Part shown: one piece after another, positions 51,501 to 62,792 of the stretch
Layout: each line of letters starts with the position of its first letter
How positions within the stretch are numbered: position 1 is the first letter of the stretch
Source: Azolla caroliniana
Taxonomy: Eukaryota; Plantae; Polypodiophyta
NCBI GenBank assembly: GCA_043228905.1
Contig: JBHGNT010000013.1
Coordinates: forward strand, 930,001-994,000
Length of the DNA: 64,000 nucleotides
Direction of reading: 5' to 3'
Notes under the pieces: model-generated
Seen by the model: the letters and a program-made list of their open reading frames with translations, nothing else
Databases searched by the model: none
Told to the model about the DNA's origin: nothing
Made by a program: the position numbers and the translations under genes

Positions 51501-54500
51501 GGTGAGCCTCACATCCTCTAGCCTTTGTAGCACCTTCTCGCAGTCATCGATGTGTGTTGCCACGAATCGCCGGCATCCGTCTGGCCCGACTGTCTCGTCC
51601 TTCTCTTCCACCGGGCACCCCTTTATCGGGATGTCGTCCAGAAATGGCATGGTGATGTCCGGGTTGCAATCCCTCGGTACCTTGTTCATTGCATTCACCA
51701 TGTGGGCCACCGAGTTGGTCCCTCCTTGTGGCAGGGTACACATTCGCACTAGGCCGAGGGGAGTTCGCATCGTCGTAATGTCTCTGCTCTCCACGGCTAG
51801 CTGGAACTGGTCGTACCTCGAGTACAGATCACCAACCGAGTAAATCGACCTTCCGGCGAAGGCCTCCGCGAACTCGTCTATGGTCGGTCCGATTCCTGCG
51901 TTCCGAATGGTCACTCTGTTGACCGGCTGCAGGTCCTGAATGAAGCGCAATGTTCCGTTTTTCTTTGGTACGGTAAACCATCGGTTCGCGTATGGCGCAC
52001 TCGACGGTTCGAGAATACCCATATCGACTTTTTGCCTCAGTAGCTCCATCAACTCCGGGATGTGAGCTCTCGGTACCGGAATCGGCTTGAGACTCCACGG
52101 CACATGTGGTACCGTGAATATCACCATCGGCTCCACGATTGTCGGGTCTACGCACCCGATCTCTTCCGGTGAGAATGCGAAGGCTTTCCCGTGCCTTCCG
52201 AGCATTCTCCGAAACCGGTCTTCCTCCGCCGGCAGTAGGAACCCGCCCCCACCGATTTTGAGCTCCCGGAGCGTCCCGTCGGTGAAGGTGTGTCCTATGC
52301 AAACCGGATCTCGTAAACTGGGGTCCGACGCAACCCCTCTGATTCGGGACTCGCTGTCCTCCGGTAAGGGTGCCGCGACTGGCCTTACCTTCCAGTCCAC
52401 AGTCTTGTACTTCGTGCTAACTCGGGCCGTCCGATCCGACCCGAGCCCTTGACTGAAGTTCGCGATGACTTTGTATATCTCTTCGGAACATACCGGTATC
52501 GTCCGGTCTTCGTTAAGGTCTTCTCCGGCTACCTTCCTCAGCATCCCCAAGGTGTTGTCGAAGGAGACCGCCTCCACGGCTCCGCTGATTTCCTCGTCCG
52601 GGCCGAGGACTCCGCACGCTCGAAGTTGCTCCTCTGCCCTTGCCTTTTCTCGGCCAACGATGCCGACTATCATACACCCTCCGTCGTTGGAGAAGCAAAA
52701 TTTTCTACCTATCGTACAAGGATTCTTCGGTTTCGGTTCTATCGTACAGCTGTGGGGTCTTTCCCGAGTGTCCGGACTGTCTCGGCCCCACGCCTTGGCA
52801 GCCCTCTCTAAAAATCCTCCCGGTTCTCGCCACCGAGGGATTCGCGGTTTCGCTCGTGGTTCGGCCGCACCGTCAGAAATTGGACCGAATGGCGCCCGTC
52901 CTGGCTTTTGACCCTCGCGTAGGCCGAACCGTTGTCCAGCACTTTGGTCTCCACTCGCGCCGCCGTGATGTATGGTTCCCCTAATATGACCGGATGCGAG
53001 GACGTCTCCTGCACGAAGAAGTGCTGGTCAATCTCGACGTCGCTGATCTTGACACGCACATTCGGGCAGGCCCCGTGCAGTTCCTCGGTGGCGCGCGTCG
53101 CCGCCCGTATCTTCCACCCGTGCTTGGTGTTGATCGGCCATTTTCCCCTTTTGTAGAAGTCCATGGACATCAGGTTTATTTCTGAACCGTGGTTCTCCCT
53201 AAACCCTAAACCGGTTCCTGAACATCTCCGATCTTTACCGGGGTCTCCGTGGTCGCTTGGGCTCAGTGCGGCCTCGAATAGTGGCTCTCCGCCCACTCAT
53301 CTTCCAGCGCTAAGTCGTCGATGTGCGTCGTCCGCACCTCCACCGGTCTTTCCAGTTCCGTCTCCGTCGACAGCCTCTTCCGTTTCACCAAGTCCACAAT
53401 GGAGTCGTGGAACTTCTTCTTGGCGATCCCTAGCACCTCCCGCAATGACAGCTCCACTTTGCTGTCGAGGATCCGTTCTTCTAGGACCTTTCGTAGGTCC
53501 GTGGTCCTTTCTATTTCCGTCCCCAGTCGGTATCCGCCCTTCTTGGGGTTATCCTGCGCGCCGGACCCACCGGCTTCGTTCCGTCGTTGCCCGAATCGGG
53601 TCTCGTACCGTTGTGAGGGCCCGGTCGCTCTGGCTTTCCCCACTCATTTGTCTTCTACCAGAGCCTCGTAGTTCCGGCAGGCGGCTTCTACGAAGCCCGT
53701 CTTCTCCTCGACCAGGTCGCTCCACCCGATTATTTCCCGGACCCGTCTCTCAGTGCGGTCCGCTTCATCTTTCCTCAGCCGTGCGCCGGCGAGGCCTTCC
53801 AGCATTGCCGACCAGAATCCGTCTTTGATCTCCTTTCGGGCCTCGCTGCCCCCGACCCAAATGCCGGCCGACGCCGGCGTGCACCCGGCCTTCCCACAGG
53901 TACACCACCGGGTTCCTCAACGCCTCTGCGAAATCGCCGCAGTCCTTCCGAATGTGGCCGACCTCGTCGCACCACATGCACCTGTTCCCTGCTGCCGGCC
54001 GTCAGTCACGAGCCGGTTCGCCGCCTTCCCTTCGAGCCTGGGCGATCTGGAGATCCTTTATCGCCCGCGTCAACTCCTCCAGCGCTGCTCCTCCGGACGA
54101 GCCATTGACCATGCCGGTCGAAGCCGAACCGGTTTCTAGCCATTCCCGGGTCTCTTCCCTTCGCCCTTGCGGTGCCGGTTCAAGCCTCCTTGCTATGACA
54201 GAGCCCGCACCGGGCGCCCCGTTGTCAGCCCATTCTCGTCGTTTGTCGAAACGGCCACAGACTCTCTTAACCGCAGCCCAGTCGGTCGTCAGCCCGTTTT
54301 CGGTTTCCAGCAAAGAGCCGACTTGATCCCGATCCCGCTCGTCCACCGACTTGATGAACAGTAGGACCCGACTCGTATCCAGAACGGTTCGGTCAAGCGC
54401 CGAAAGGCGAGCAAAGCGTTCTTCAAACTCCCGGAGGAGTGCCGACGCGTTTCTTCCCTTGCCGGGGGACTCCACCCATTCCATGAAGTCCCGTTTCGAA

Positions 54501-55524
54501 AGCCGGAGCGCGTCGTCCAGCCCGTATTTTTCTAGGAGTCGGCCTTCGAACTCCTCCCAGGTACGGCTCTCCGCCCGCACCTCGAGCACCTCCGCATGGA
54601 TGCTCGGCATCGCCACTCGAGGGAACCCGGCAAGACGCCTCTCTTCCGGAATGTCCCGCATCAGCATTTCTGCCCCGTAGGACGCCAAATACTTCGTGGC
54701 ATCCTTTCCGCTGAACCGGCCGATCGTACCGACGACCACCTCAATGGCTCTGTCGAGGGCGCCGGTGCCCTCTCGTGTGCTCAATATCCGATCCACGGCC
54801 GAAGCCATGGCCTCCGCAAGATCCGACCCCTTCATCTTCTGCTCTTCTGCCGCCTCCTTCACGTCGGGTTCACCAAGATGTCGAGGTATTCCTCGCGGAT
54901 GCGTGGAATGAGGCGGGACCTCAGGGGTCTTGTACCGAAGAGCAAGAGAGAAAGGAGAAGGGAAGGGACCCACTACGTGCGAGCATAGATTCACAGGGAT
55001 GCGGCCCTTCAACACAAAGACGCGAGTGGGACACCGACACAGAGAGACGCGAATGTATGTATATATATATGTTAACAAGACAAACAACAAGAAGCACGAC
55101 GTTGGTTACAATCGAACAGGCCGGCGAACAGATGCCGATGCCTGTTCGTAAACGCACAGAAAGGAAGAAATAGGTTGGAGGTGCTGCCGGAAGCACTCGG
55201 GCATTCCTTAGAGCAGCGCGAGCCTCCCGAAACCTACACAGAACGAAGCTACGGAGCTTGGAAGAGAGAGAAGCCTTCGGCCAACAACCCGACAACACTT
55301 CGTCCTCTCTATCCGCGATCCCCCTCTATCCGCCTCGTCTCCCTCCTTTTATAGGCAAGAAAGGAGTCATTTCCCATTAACTACCTACCTACCGAATCTA
55401 CCTACCTAGGATCTTCTATGTACCTAATCCTCTCTTATGTACAACATAAGGCGTACGTGCATGAAGAGCCGGTTCCTATGCTCCGGTGCACCGATTCCGC
55501 TCGTGGGCGGTTTTCTTCACGACA
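48595..55524 (-). mobile_element. Element C: Ty3/gypsy related to B, inserted in B gag; LTRs 54879-55524 (5') and 48595-49240 (3'); tRNA-Trp PBS 54858-54875; TSD GCGG
   Basis: 646-bp LTRs with ~16 substitutions counted by eye; PBS; PPT; 1029-aa pol ORF. Confidence 0.96.
49584..52817 (-). CDS. Element C pol (RT-RNase H-integrase), largely intact; frame is open from the slippery site
   Basis: LRFIQDLQPVN, LPQGGTNS, PFLDD, ITVDTS, HHCC zinc finger, NPQANGKVER; premature stop before the GPY tail. Confidence 0.9.
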   Translation of the reverse strand, partial: GFLERAAKAWGRDSPDTRERPHSCTIEPKPKNPCTIGRKFCFSNDGGCMIVGIVGREKARAEEQLRACGVLGPDEEISGAVEAVSFDNTLGMLRKVAGEDLNEDRTIPVCSEEIYKVIANFSQGLGSDRTARVSTKYKTVDWKVRPVAAPLPEDSESRIRGVASDPSLRDPVCIGHTFTDGTLRELKIGGGGFLLPAEEDRFRRMLGRHGKAFAFSPEEIGCVDPTIVEPMVIFTVPHVPWSLKPIPVPRAHIPELMELLRQKVDMGILEPSSAPYANRWFTVPKKNGTLRFIQDLQPVNRVTIRNAGIGPTIDEFAEAFAGRSIYSVGDLYSRYDQFQLAVESRDITTMRTPLGLVRMCTLPQGGTNSVAHMVNAMNKVPRDCNPDITMPFLDDIPIKGCPVEEKDETVGPDGCRRFVATHIDDCEKVLQRLEDVRLTFSGEKSAFGQSEILVVGHLCGPYGRKPSPAKVEAISAMKTDCSSVTEVRRFLGACAFYHIWIPHYAHVAEPLYGLLKKGRKFEWRDEHTELVRKLKEPLAAAPALRKVVYEKGTPVYITVDTSPTGIGWVVNQEDEDGTRFPIRFGAKVLSERQRGYAQVKRELWGIVSTVKADKDYLIGIEVVIETDCLPILGMVSGCATPDLAMLRWIAYIKSLDPEIRHISGKVNAMADMLSRARFDDEGGMVSEDEEVGVDFFEAAYVTTDGTSPPSLNGFDESKYDGEWLQIGGFLRTMTPDASWTRDETNRIRKKAYRFFLRDGYLWKHPKKRNGVPLRVVAMKEEQEELLTAYHDSPWAGHRGTWATFEKIKGKYWWPGLYQDVHRFVTTCESCQMHSIVRHRDELHPTYRPTIHFKWMVDLVTMPMGVGQMRYLVLAREDLTNQVEGRALQNKMTAAVCQFLIEDVICQYRCVGKIVADRGELDAEEAEELFDWIGFKLSLTTAYNPQANGKVERGHGRIVKALVRACVGQVGNSPRLLPYALWADRTTHSSVTRFMPAELMFGQKPIMPMERTISSWATVDWRDEMSREELLAARIQQLERRPEDVEQATEKLRVARTRNKVQFDQTHRLRPKKIEEGD

Positions 55525-57562
55525 GCGGAAAAACGGGTCCGGGAGGTAACCGGGTGGAGTGACCTGGTCGAAGAGAAGACGGGCTTCGTTGAAGCCGCAT
55601 GCCAAAACTACGAGGCTCTGGTGGAAGATAAGCGAGTAGGTAAACCCGGAGGCGCCAGGCCCTCGCAATAGTACAAGACCCGATTCGGTCAAAGGCAGAA
55701 TGAGGCCGGTGCGACCGTCGCACCGGATAAAGCCAGGAAGGCCGGGTACTGGTTGAGGACGGAATTCGAAAGGACCACGGACCTACGAAAGGTCCTAGAG
55801 GAACGTATCCTCGACAGCAAAGTGGAGCTGTCGCTGAGGGAAGTGGTCAGGATCGCCAAGAAGGAGTTCCACGACTCCATCGTAGACTTGGTGAAGAGGA
55901 AGAGGCTGTCAACAAAGCGAGAGCCGGAGAAGCCGGTGGAAGTGCGAACGACGCACATAGAGGACATGGCGCTAGAAGACGAGTTGGCGGAGAGCCATTA
56001 TTCGAGGCCGCACTGGGCCAGAGTGACCACGGAGACCCATGTTAAGATCGGGGATGTCCAGGAGCCGGTGGTGGCGTTGGTGGACCACGGTTCAGAAATC
56101 AACTTGATGTCCATGGACTTCTACAAAAAGGGGAAATGGCCAATCAACACCAAACACGGTTGGAAAATACGGGCAGCAACGCGCGCCACGGAAGAACTAC
56201 ATGGAGCCTGCCCGAATGTACGGGTGAAAATCGGCGATGTCGAGATCAACCAACACTTCTTCGTGCAGGAGACGTCCTCACATCCGGTTATACTAGGAGA
56301 ACCATACATCACGGCGGCACGGATGGAGACCAAGGTGCTGGACAACGGTTCGGCCTATGCAAGAGTCAAGAGCCAGGACGGGCGTCACTCGGTCCAGTTT
56401 TTGCAGGTGCGACCAGACCATGAGCGTAATCGTGAAACCTGAGGGGATTTTTAGAGAGGGCTATCAAGGTGTGGGGCCGCAATAGTCCGGACACCCCGGA
56501 AAAACCCCACAAATGTACAGTAGGGAAGAAGACCTGTACCATAGGTAGGAAATTTTGGTTCTCCGACAGCGGGGGTTGTACAATTGTCGGCGTCATTGGC
56601 CGGAAGAAGAAAAGGGCGAAGGAGCGACTTCGGGCATGCGGAGTCCTCGGCCCTGGGAAGGAAATCACCGGAGCCGTGGAGGCGGTCTCTTTCGATGAGA
56701 CCTTGGGATAGTTACGAGAAGTGGTTGGAGGAGGCCTTAAAGAGGACCGGACGATTCTAGTATGTTCGGAAGGGATGTACGAAGTCATCGCCGACTTCTG
56801 TAACGGGCTCGAGTCGGATCGGACGGCCCGCGTGGATACAAAGTACAAGATTGTGGACCGGAAGGTGAGGCCGGTCGCGGCACCCTTGCCGGAGGGTAGC
56901 GAGGAGCGGATAAAAGGGGTCGCGTCGGACCCAAGTTTACGGAATCCGGCTGGCATAGGGCACCGGTTCACCGACATAACGCTACGGGAGCTCAAGGTAG
57001 GTGGGGGTGGCTTTCTACTGCCGGCGGAGGAGGACAGGTTTCGGAGAATGCTCAGAAGGCATGGGAAAGCCTTCGTGTTCTCGCCGGAGGAGATCGGGTG
57101 CGTAGACCCGACCGTTGTGGAACCGATGGTGATCTTCATGGTACCGCATGTGCCGTGGAATCTCAAACCGATTCCGGTACCCAGAGCTCACATCCCGAAG
57201 CTGATGGAGCTGTTGAAACAGAAGGTCAAGATGGGCCTCCTCGAACCGTCAAGTGCCCCGTACTCGAATCGGTGGTTTACCGTGCCAAAGAAGAACGGCA
57301 CGTTACGTTTTATTCAAGACCTGCAACCGGTCAACAAGGTCACCATTCGGAACGCAGGAATTGGACCGACCATAGAAGAGTTCGCGGAGGCCTTCGCCAG
57401 AAGGTCGATTTACTCTGTCGGTGATCTGTACTCGGGGTACGATCAGTTCCAACTAGCCGTGGAGAGCAGAGACATTATGACGATGTGGATTCCTCTCGGC
57501 CTAGTGCAGATGTGTACCCTACCACAAGGAGGGACGAACTCGGTGGCTCACATGGTGAACGC

Positions 57563-58570
57563 TGTCGTGAAGATCCGTCACTACGCGCGGATCGTGAGGC
57601 GGAACCGCCGGGGTTCTAGACCGGAAGGATTCAAAGTCGGTACAAGCTTTGGCGTAAGCTTTAGCGAGAAAGTACTTAAGATAGATTGGGAAAGAGAGAA
57701 GTTGAGATCACACGATTGAGAGAGATTGATTGAAGTTTTAACTTTAGATTTAAGAAACAAGTTACACGATCAATTTGATAACGAATTTCTTCCTCTTAAT
57801 TTTCATAAAAAAAACCGTGTTTTTTCTCCTCCCCCTTCCTTCTTTTATAGATGCTCTCATGCATATGATGCATGTGAGGGTACAAGACATGCATAAATTG
57901 CATGTTTGCCATTTGGCGCTTATGTATTACATGTGGTGCATGATAACCATGTCTCATTTTAGCTCTCACGTATGAGAATTTACATGTAAAAGTATAATGA
58001 TAGAAATATAATTTCAACTAAATAGCATGGCTTAATGGTAAGCCAATTGACTCATAACTCGGAGGTGCAAGGTTCGAATCCTTACCTCCCCTCCTTGTAT
58101 ATGTATATTTGTATATATATTTATATATTTATTTATATAGTCGTCGGATGCCGTCACCGGATGCCGTCGATTCACCGTCTCCATCGCCGGTCCGGTTTTG
58201 GTTGGCCAAAACCCTTTACGAGTAGCTAGCCCACCTCCACTCTTAGTTCAAGTTACCTTGAACTCTCTATGCTCCACACATAGACACAAAGATAATATCT
58301 TTTGCTCCACCTTATATATGATGAGAGCCGTATTTGTCGTGCCTATGTGGGATATCTCACAATTTTCTCTTTTCTTTTCACAAACTTTATACCCTCATAT
58401 CTTGACATTTAGTTATCCATTTCTCGTGTAATAAAGTGCATTCGAAACCTCCATCATTTTGTACTTAGATATTAAAAATGTTATCTTCACAATTATTGTA
58501 TTATGTGATTCATACTCGATTTCGTATGTTTTATGGGATTTTCACACTGTTGCCGAAAATCTTCACGACA
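57563..58570. mobile_element. Element D: 1008-bp non-coding insertion in B RT, 12-bp perfect terminal inverted repeats TGTCGTGAAGAT, TSD ACGC (solo LTR or MITE-like)
   Basis: B RT ...MVNA|MNKVLRD is restored on removal; TIRs at 57563-57574 and 58559-58570. Confidence 0.9.
58024..58092 (+). other. tRNA-like (CAT loop) Pol III promoter cassette inside element D
   Basis: A box TGGCTTAATGGT, loop CTCATAA, B box GGTTCGAATCC; acceptor and anticodon stems broken. Confidence 0.7.
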
Positions 58571-61500
58571 ACGCGATGAATAAAGTGCTCAGGGATTGTA
58601 TCCCGGACATCACCATGCTGTTCTTAGACGACATCCCAATCAGGGGATGCCCGGTGGAGGAAAAGGACGAGACAATCGGACCGGACAGATGTCGGAAGTT
58701 CATGGCGGCTCACATCAATGACTGCGAGAAGGTGCTGCAAAGACTAGAAGGCGCGAGGCTCACCTTCTCCGGGGAAAAATCGGCCTTCGGGCAATCAGAG
58801 ATCATGGTCGTCAGGCACCTATGCGGACCATACGGTCGGAAACCGTCTCCAGCCAAGGTGGAAGCCATCTCCGCAATGAAGCATGACTGCAATTCGGTTA
58901 CGGAGGTTCGGAGATTCTTGGGAGCATGCACGTTCTACCATATCTGGATCCCGCATTATGCCCACGTCGCGGAGCCGCTGTATGGGTTGCTGAAGAAAGG
59001 GCACAAATTTGAGTGGGGAGACGAGCATACGGAGTCAGTCCGAAAGATAAAGGAAGCAGTTGCCACGGCATCGGCGCTCCGAAAGGCTATCTACGACAAA
59101 GACACTTCGATTTACGTAACCGTAGACACGAGTCCGACCGGGATCGGATGGGTGATCAACCAAGAGGATGACGTTGCCACGAGGTTCCCCATCCGGTTCG
59201 ATGCGTAGGTCCTCAGTGAGCGAAAACGAGGATACGCACAGGTTAAACGCGAACTTTGGGGTATCGTTTCGGTGGTGAAGGCCAATAAAGAGTACCTGAT
59301 CGGGACAGAGGTAATAATCGAGACATACTACCTGCGTATTCTCGGCATGGTTTCCGGATGCGCGACGCCGGACGTGGCAATGCTCAGGTGGATAGCGTAC
59401 ATCAAGTCCTTGAATCCGGAGATACGACACATTTCCGGAAAAGACAATGCCATGGCCGACATGCTCTCAAGGGCGAGGTTTGAAAATGAGGACGACATAG
59501 TTTCGGAGGACGAGGAAGTCGGCGTAGATTTCTTCGAGGTGGCATACGTGACAACCAGAAAGGGGAGCACTCCGGCGCGTAACGAATTCGACGAGAGCAA
59601 GTATGATGGGGAGTGGCTCTAGATCGGCGGGCTCTTGAAAACAATGACACCGGACGTGGCGTGGACAAAGGAAGAGACCAACCGGATCCAGAAGAAAGCA
59701 TACCGGTTCTTCCTTCGGGACGGGTACATACGGAAGCACCCGAAGAAGAGAAACGGCGTTCCGCTCTGAGTAGTGGCAAAGAAAGAAGAACAGGGGGAAC
59801 TATTGGCGGCATTTCACGGGAGTCCCTGGACCGGGCACCGCAGAACGTGGGCCACGTTTGAGAAGGTGAAGGAGAAGTACTGCTGGTCGGGGCTGTACCA
59901 GGACGTGCATCGGTTCGTAACGACTTGCGAAAGCTGTCAGATGCACTCCGTAGTCCGACATCGAACGAGCTACACCCGACTTACCCGCTTGCGGTCCATT
60001 TCAAGTGGATGGTGGACTTGGTGACGATGCCGATGGGAGTAGGACAGATGCGGTACCTGGTGCTTGCGCGGGAAGACTTAACGAACCAGGTGGAAGGCCG
60101 TGCACTACATAACAAGACAACCGCGGCAGTATGCCGGTTCCTGATTGAAGAGGTAGTGTGTCGGTATGGGTGCGTCGGGAGGATCGTGGCGGACCGGGGA
60201 GAGCTGGATGCGCGGGAAGCTGAGGAGTTGTTCGACCGGCTAGGGATCAAACTCTCCCTCACTACGACGTACAATCCGGAGGCGAACAGGAAGGTAGAAC
60301 GTGAACACGGGCCGATCGTAAAGGCGTTGGTGCATGCATGCGGAGGGCAGGACGAGAATTGGCCGCGGCTCCTACCTTACGCACTATGGGCGGACCGAAC
60401 TACGCACAGTTCGGTGACAGGGTTCATGCCGGCAGAGCTGATGTACGGACAGAAGCCAATCATGCCGATGGAATGGACGGTTCCTTCATGGGCGGCAGTA
60501 GATTGGAAGGACGAGATGAGCGGGGAGGAGTTGCTGGCGGCGTGGATTCGGCAATTCGAGCGGAGGCTGGAGGACGTGAAATGGGCGAAGGAAAAGTTGC
60601 GGGCAGCAAGGGAGCGGAACAAGACCCGGTTCGACCGGACGCACCGGTTGCGACCAAAGAAGATCGAGGAAGGCGATTGGGTCCTAGTGTATGACATCAG
60701 CCTCGACAACCAGCACAGGGCAACGCGAAGGTTTGCAAGGAGGTGGTTCGGGCCTTACGTGGTGACAGGCGCCAACGACAACGAGAGCTACCATCTTGCG
60801 GAGCTCGATGGTATGAGGATGGCAATACCGGTAGCGTGGAAGAGGGTCAAAGCGTTTAAAAAACAACACGAGTGCGAGCCGGATTTGGAAAGCATGGACG
60901 GCGACGAAGGGCGGTTCGAGGTGGATGACGAACCAGAAGACGAGAAGTAAAGCATGGACAGATTTTCTCTAGCAAGAGCCCAATTTTGGCACTACCGGTG
61001 GATGCGCGGTTAGGTGGGGGCAGATGTCGTGAAGAAAACCGTCCCTAGGCGAAAACCGAGTTTAGCATGTGTAAACCGGCTCTTAGACGCGAGCACACTT
61101 TTCATTGTATAGTAAGTAGGTAGGTACAAGTCGGCTAAGGTGAAATCCTAGGTAGCACGCATTCAATAGGGAGAGAATCGAATTGTATCTCTGTCCGAAA
61201 GGACTGAGAATTAATATGATGTAACGGATGATAACGGCCTCCCTCCTTGGGCTATAAAAGAGATGGAGAGGAATCAAAAAGTATCGCGCGTTAGAGAGGA
61301 CGAAGTGCTGCTGGATTGGGACCGAGCCCTTCTCCGCTGCCACTCTCCATAGCCATTTTGCGCAGGTTTTTGGGAGGATAACTCTGCTCCATGGAACGCC
61401 CGTGTGCTTCCGGCAGAGTCTTCATCTCGCTCTTCTGTGTGTGTGAGTGAACAGGCGTCGGTGTCCGCCTTGCCGACTTGTTAGTTGTAACTGTCTTGAT

Positions 61501-62792
61501 ATATATATACGTTTATATACATACGTGTTCATATACTCGGACTTCTAGTCGTCTCGTTTTGCTGTGTTGTTGGACTGTGATTCCTGTGTGCTCCCATGTC
61601 AGTCCGGGTGCAAGTGCGTCCGTTGCCTTTCAGTTCTCCTCCTTCTCAGCTATTTCTCGGTCCAAGGCCCCGGTGGTCCCGCCTCGTTCTCCACGCATGC
61701 GCGTAACAACGTGACAACGGTAATCCACACATAGATGCAATGATCCATCCTTTTTCTTCACAAACAAGATGTGGGCCCCAACTGGTGACTTAGATGGTTG
61801 GATGAAGCCCTTCTCCAAATTTTCATCGAGATATGTGCGAAGAGCCTCTAGTTCTAGTTAAGAGAGACCATAAATAGGCCCAAAGGGTGGAGATGTGCCC
61901 TCTTGTAGATCGATTGGAAAATCATATGGTCGATGCTCTGGTAAGTGATATGCATTCTTCTTCTCGAACACATCAGCAAAGTCACCATATTTGGATGGAA
62001 GCGAGTCCAGATTGGCTTTCATAGGAACCAAAGCTAGGGCACTCGACTCTGCATCATTGCCCATTGAGATGGAGTGCATTGTGACTGGGGCATGAGCATC
62101 CGAGTGCATTGGTCCGAGTTGAATGATGGAGTGCTTGACAGAAAACGATTCGGGCCATTCTGACACGACATTGGAAGCCGCTCCAACCTCCATGTGAGTT
62201 TGCGGTTGAAAAGTAAGTGACTGGTTGTGCCAATCTATAACAGAGTTATTCACTTTCAACCAAGACAACCCAAGTATGATTGGATGCCGTGGTGAAGTGA
62301 TGAGGTAAAATGATAAGGCCTCTTGATGGGTCTCCAGCTGCAAAATGAGGGGGACCGTGGTTTTGGTGACTGCGCCAAAGGAGAGCATTCGCCCATCAAT
62401 AGCTTTGACTGAGATAGGCTTGGACAACCGGACAACAAGAAAGTTGTGTTTATGAATGAATGTTTCGTCCATAAAACACGTTGTGGCCCTAGAATCGAGT
62501 AGCACTAAAGATTAAATTGAAATAGACCAGAAACAGAGAGTTACCTCGAAGGAAAAGTCGTTAGTAGAACTTTGGGAGCAACATGTATGTCTGTTGTCCA
62601 ACTGCATGGCTCCTACTGTAGTTGGACATCGTCGTTTTCCAAATGTTGGGATCCACTAGTTGGATATTCCCGATAGACTTGTCATAGATTGCTTTTGAGT
62701 GGGCAAAAACGAATTAGATGGGTAGAGGCGCCGCAGTATAGACATAGCCCATTGGTTCGTCGATGGTGTCATTCGGCTATGGTGAGTGGGGC

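Larger units (their letters stand above)
46675..61716 (+). mobile_element. Element B: non-chromoviral Ty3/gypsy; LTRs 46675-47364 and 61025-61716; tRNA-Trp PBS 47369-47386; TSD ACGG
   Basis: LTR pair roughly 95% identical by eye; PBS TGGTGAACCCGACGTGAA; PPT GGTTAGGTGGGGG; gag, PR (ALVDHGSEIN), RT (FLDD), RH, INT, GPY. Confidence 0.96.

Noticed and set aside
58024-58092. Functional tRNA-Met gene
   Set aside because: Acceptor and anticodon stems do not pair; only promoter boxes are retained
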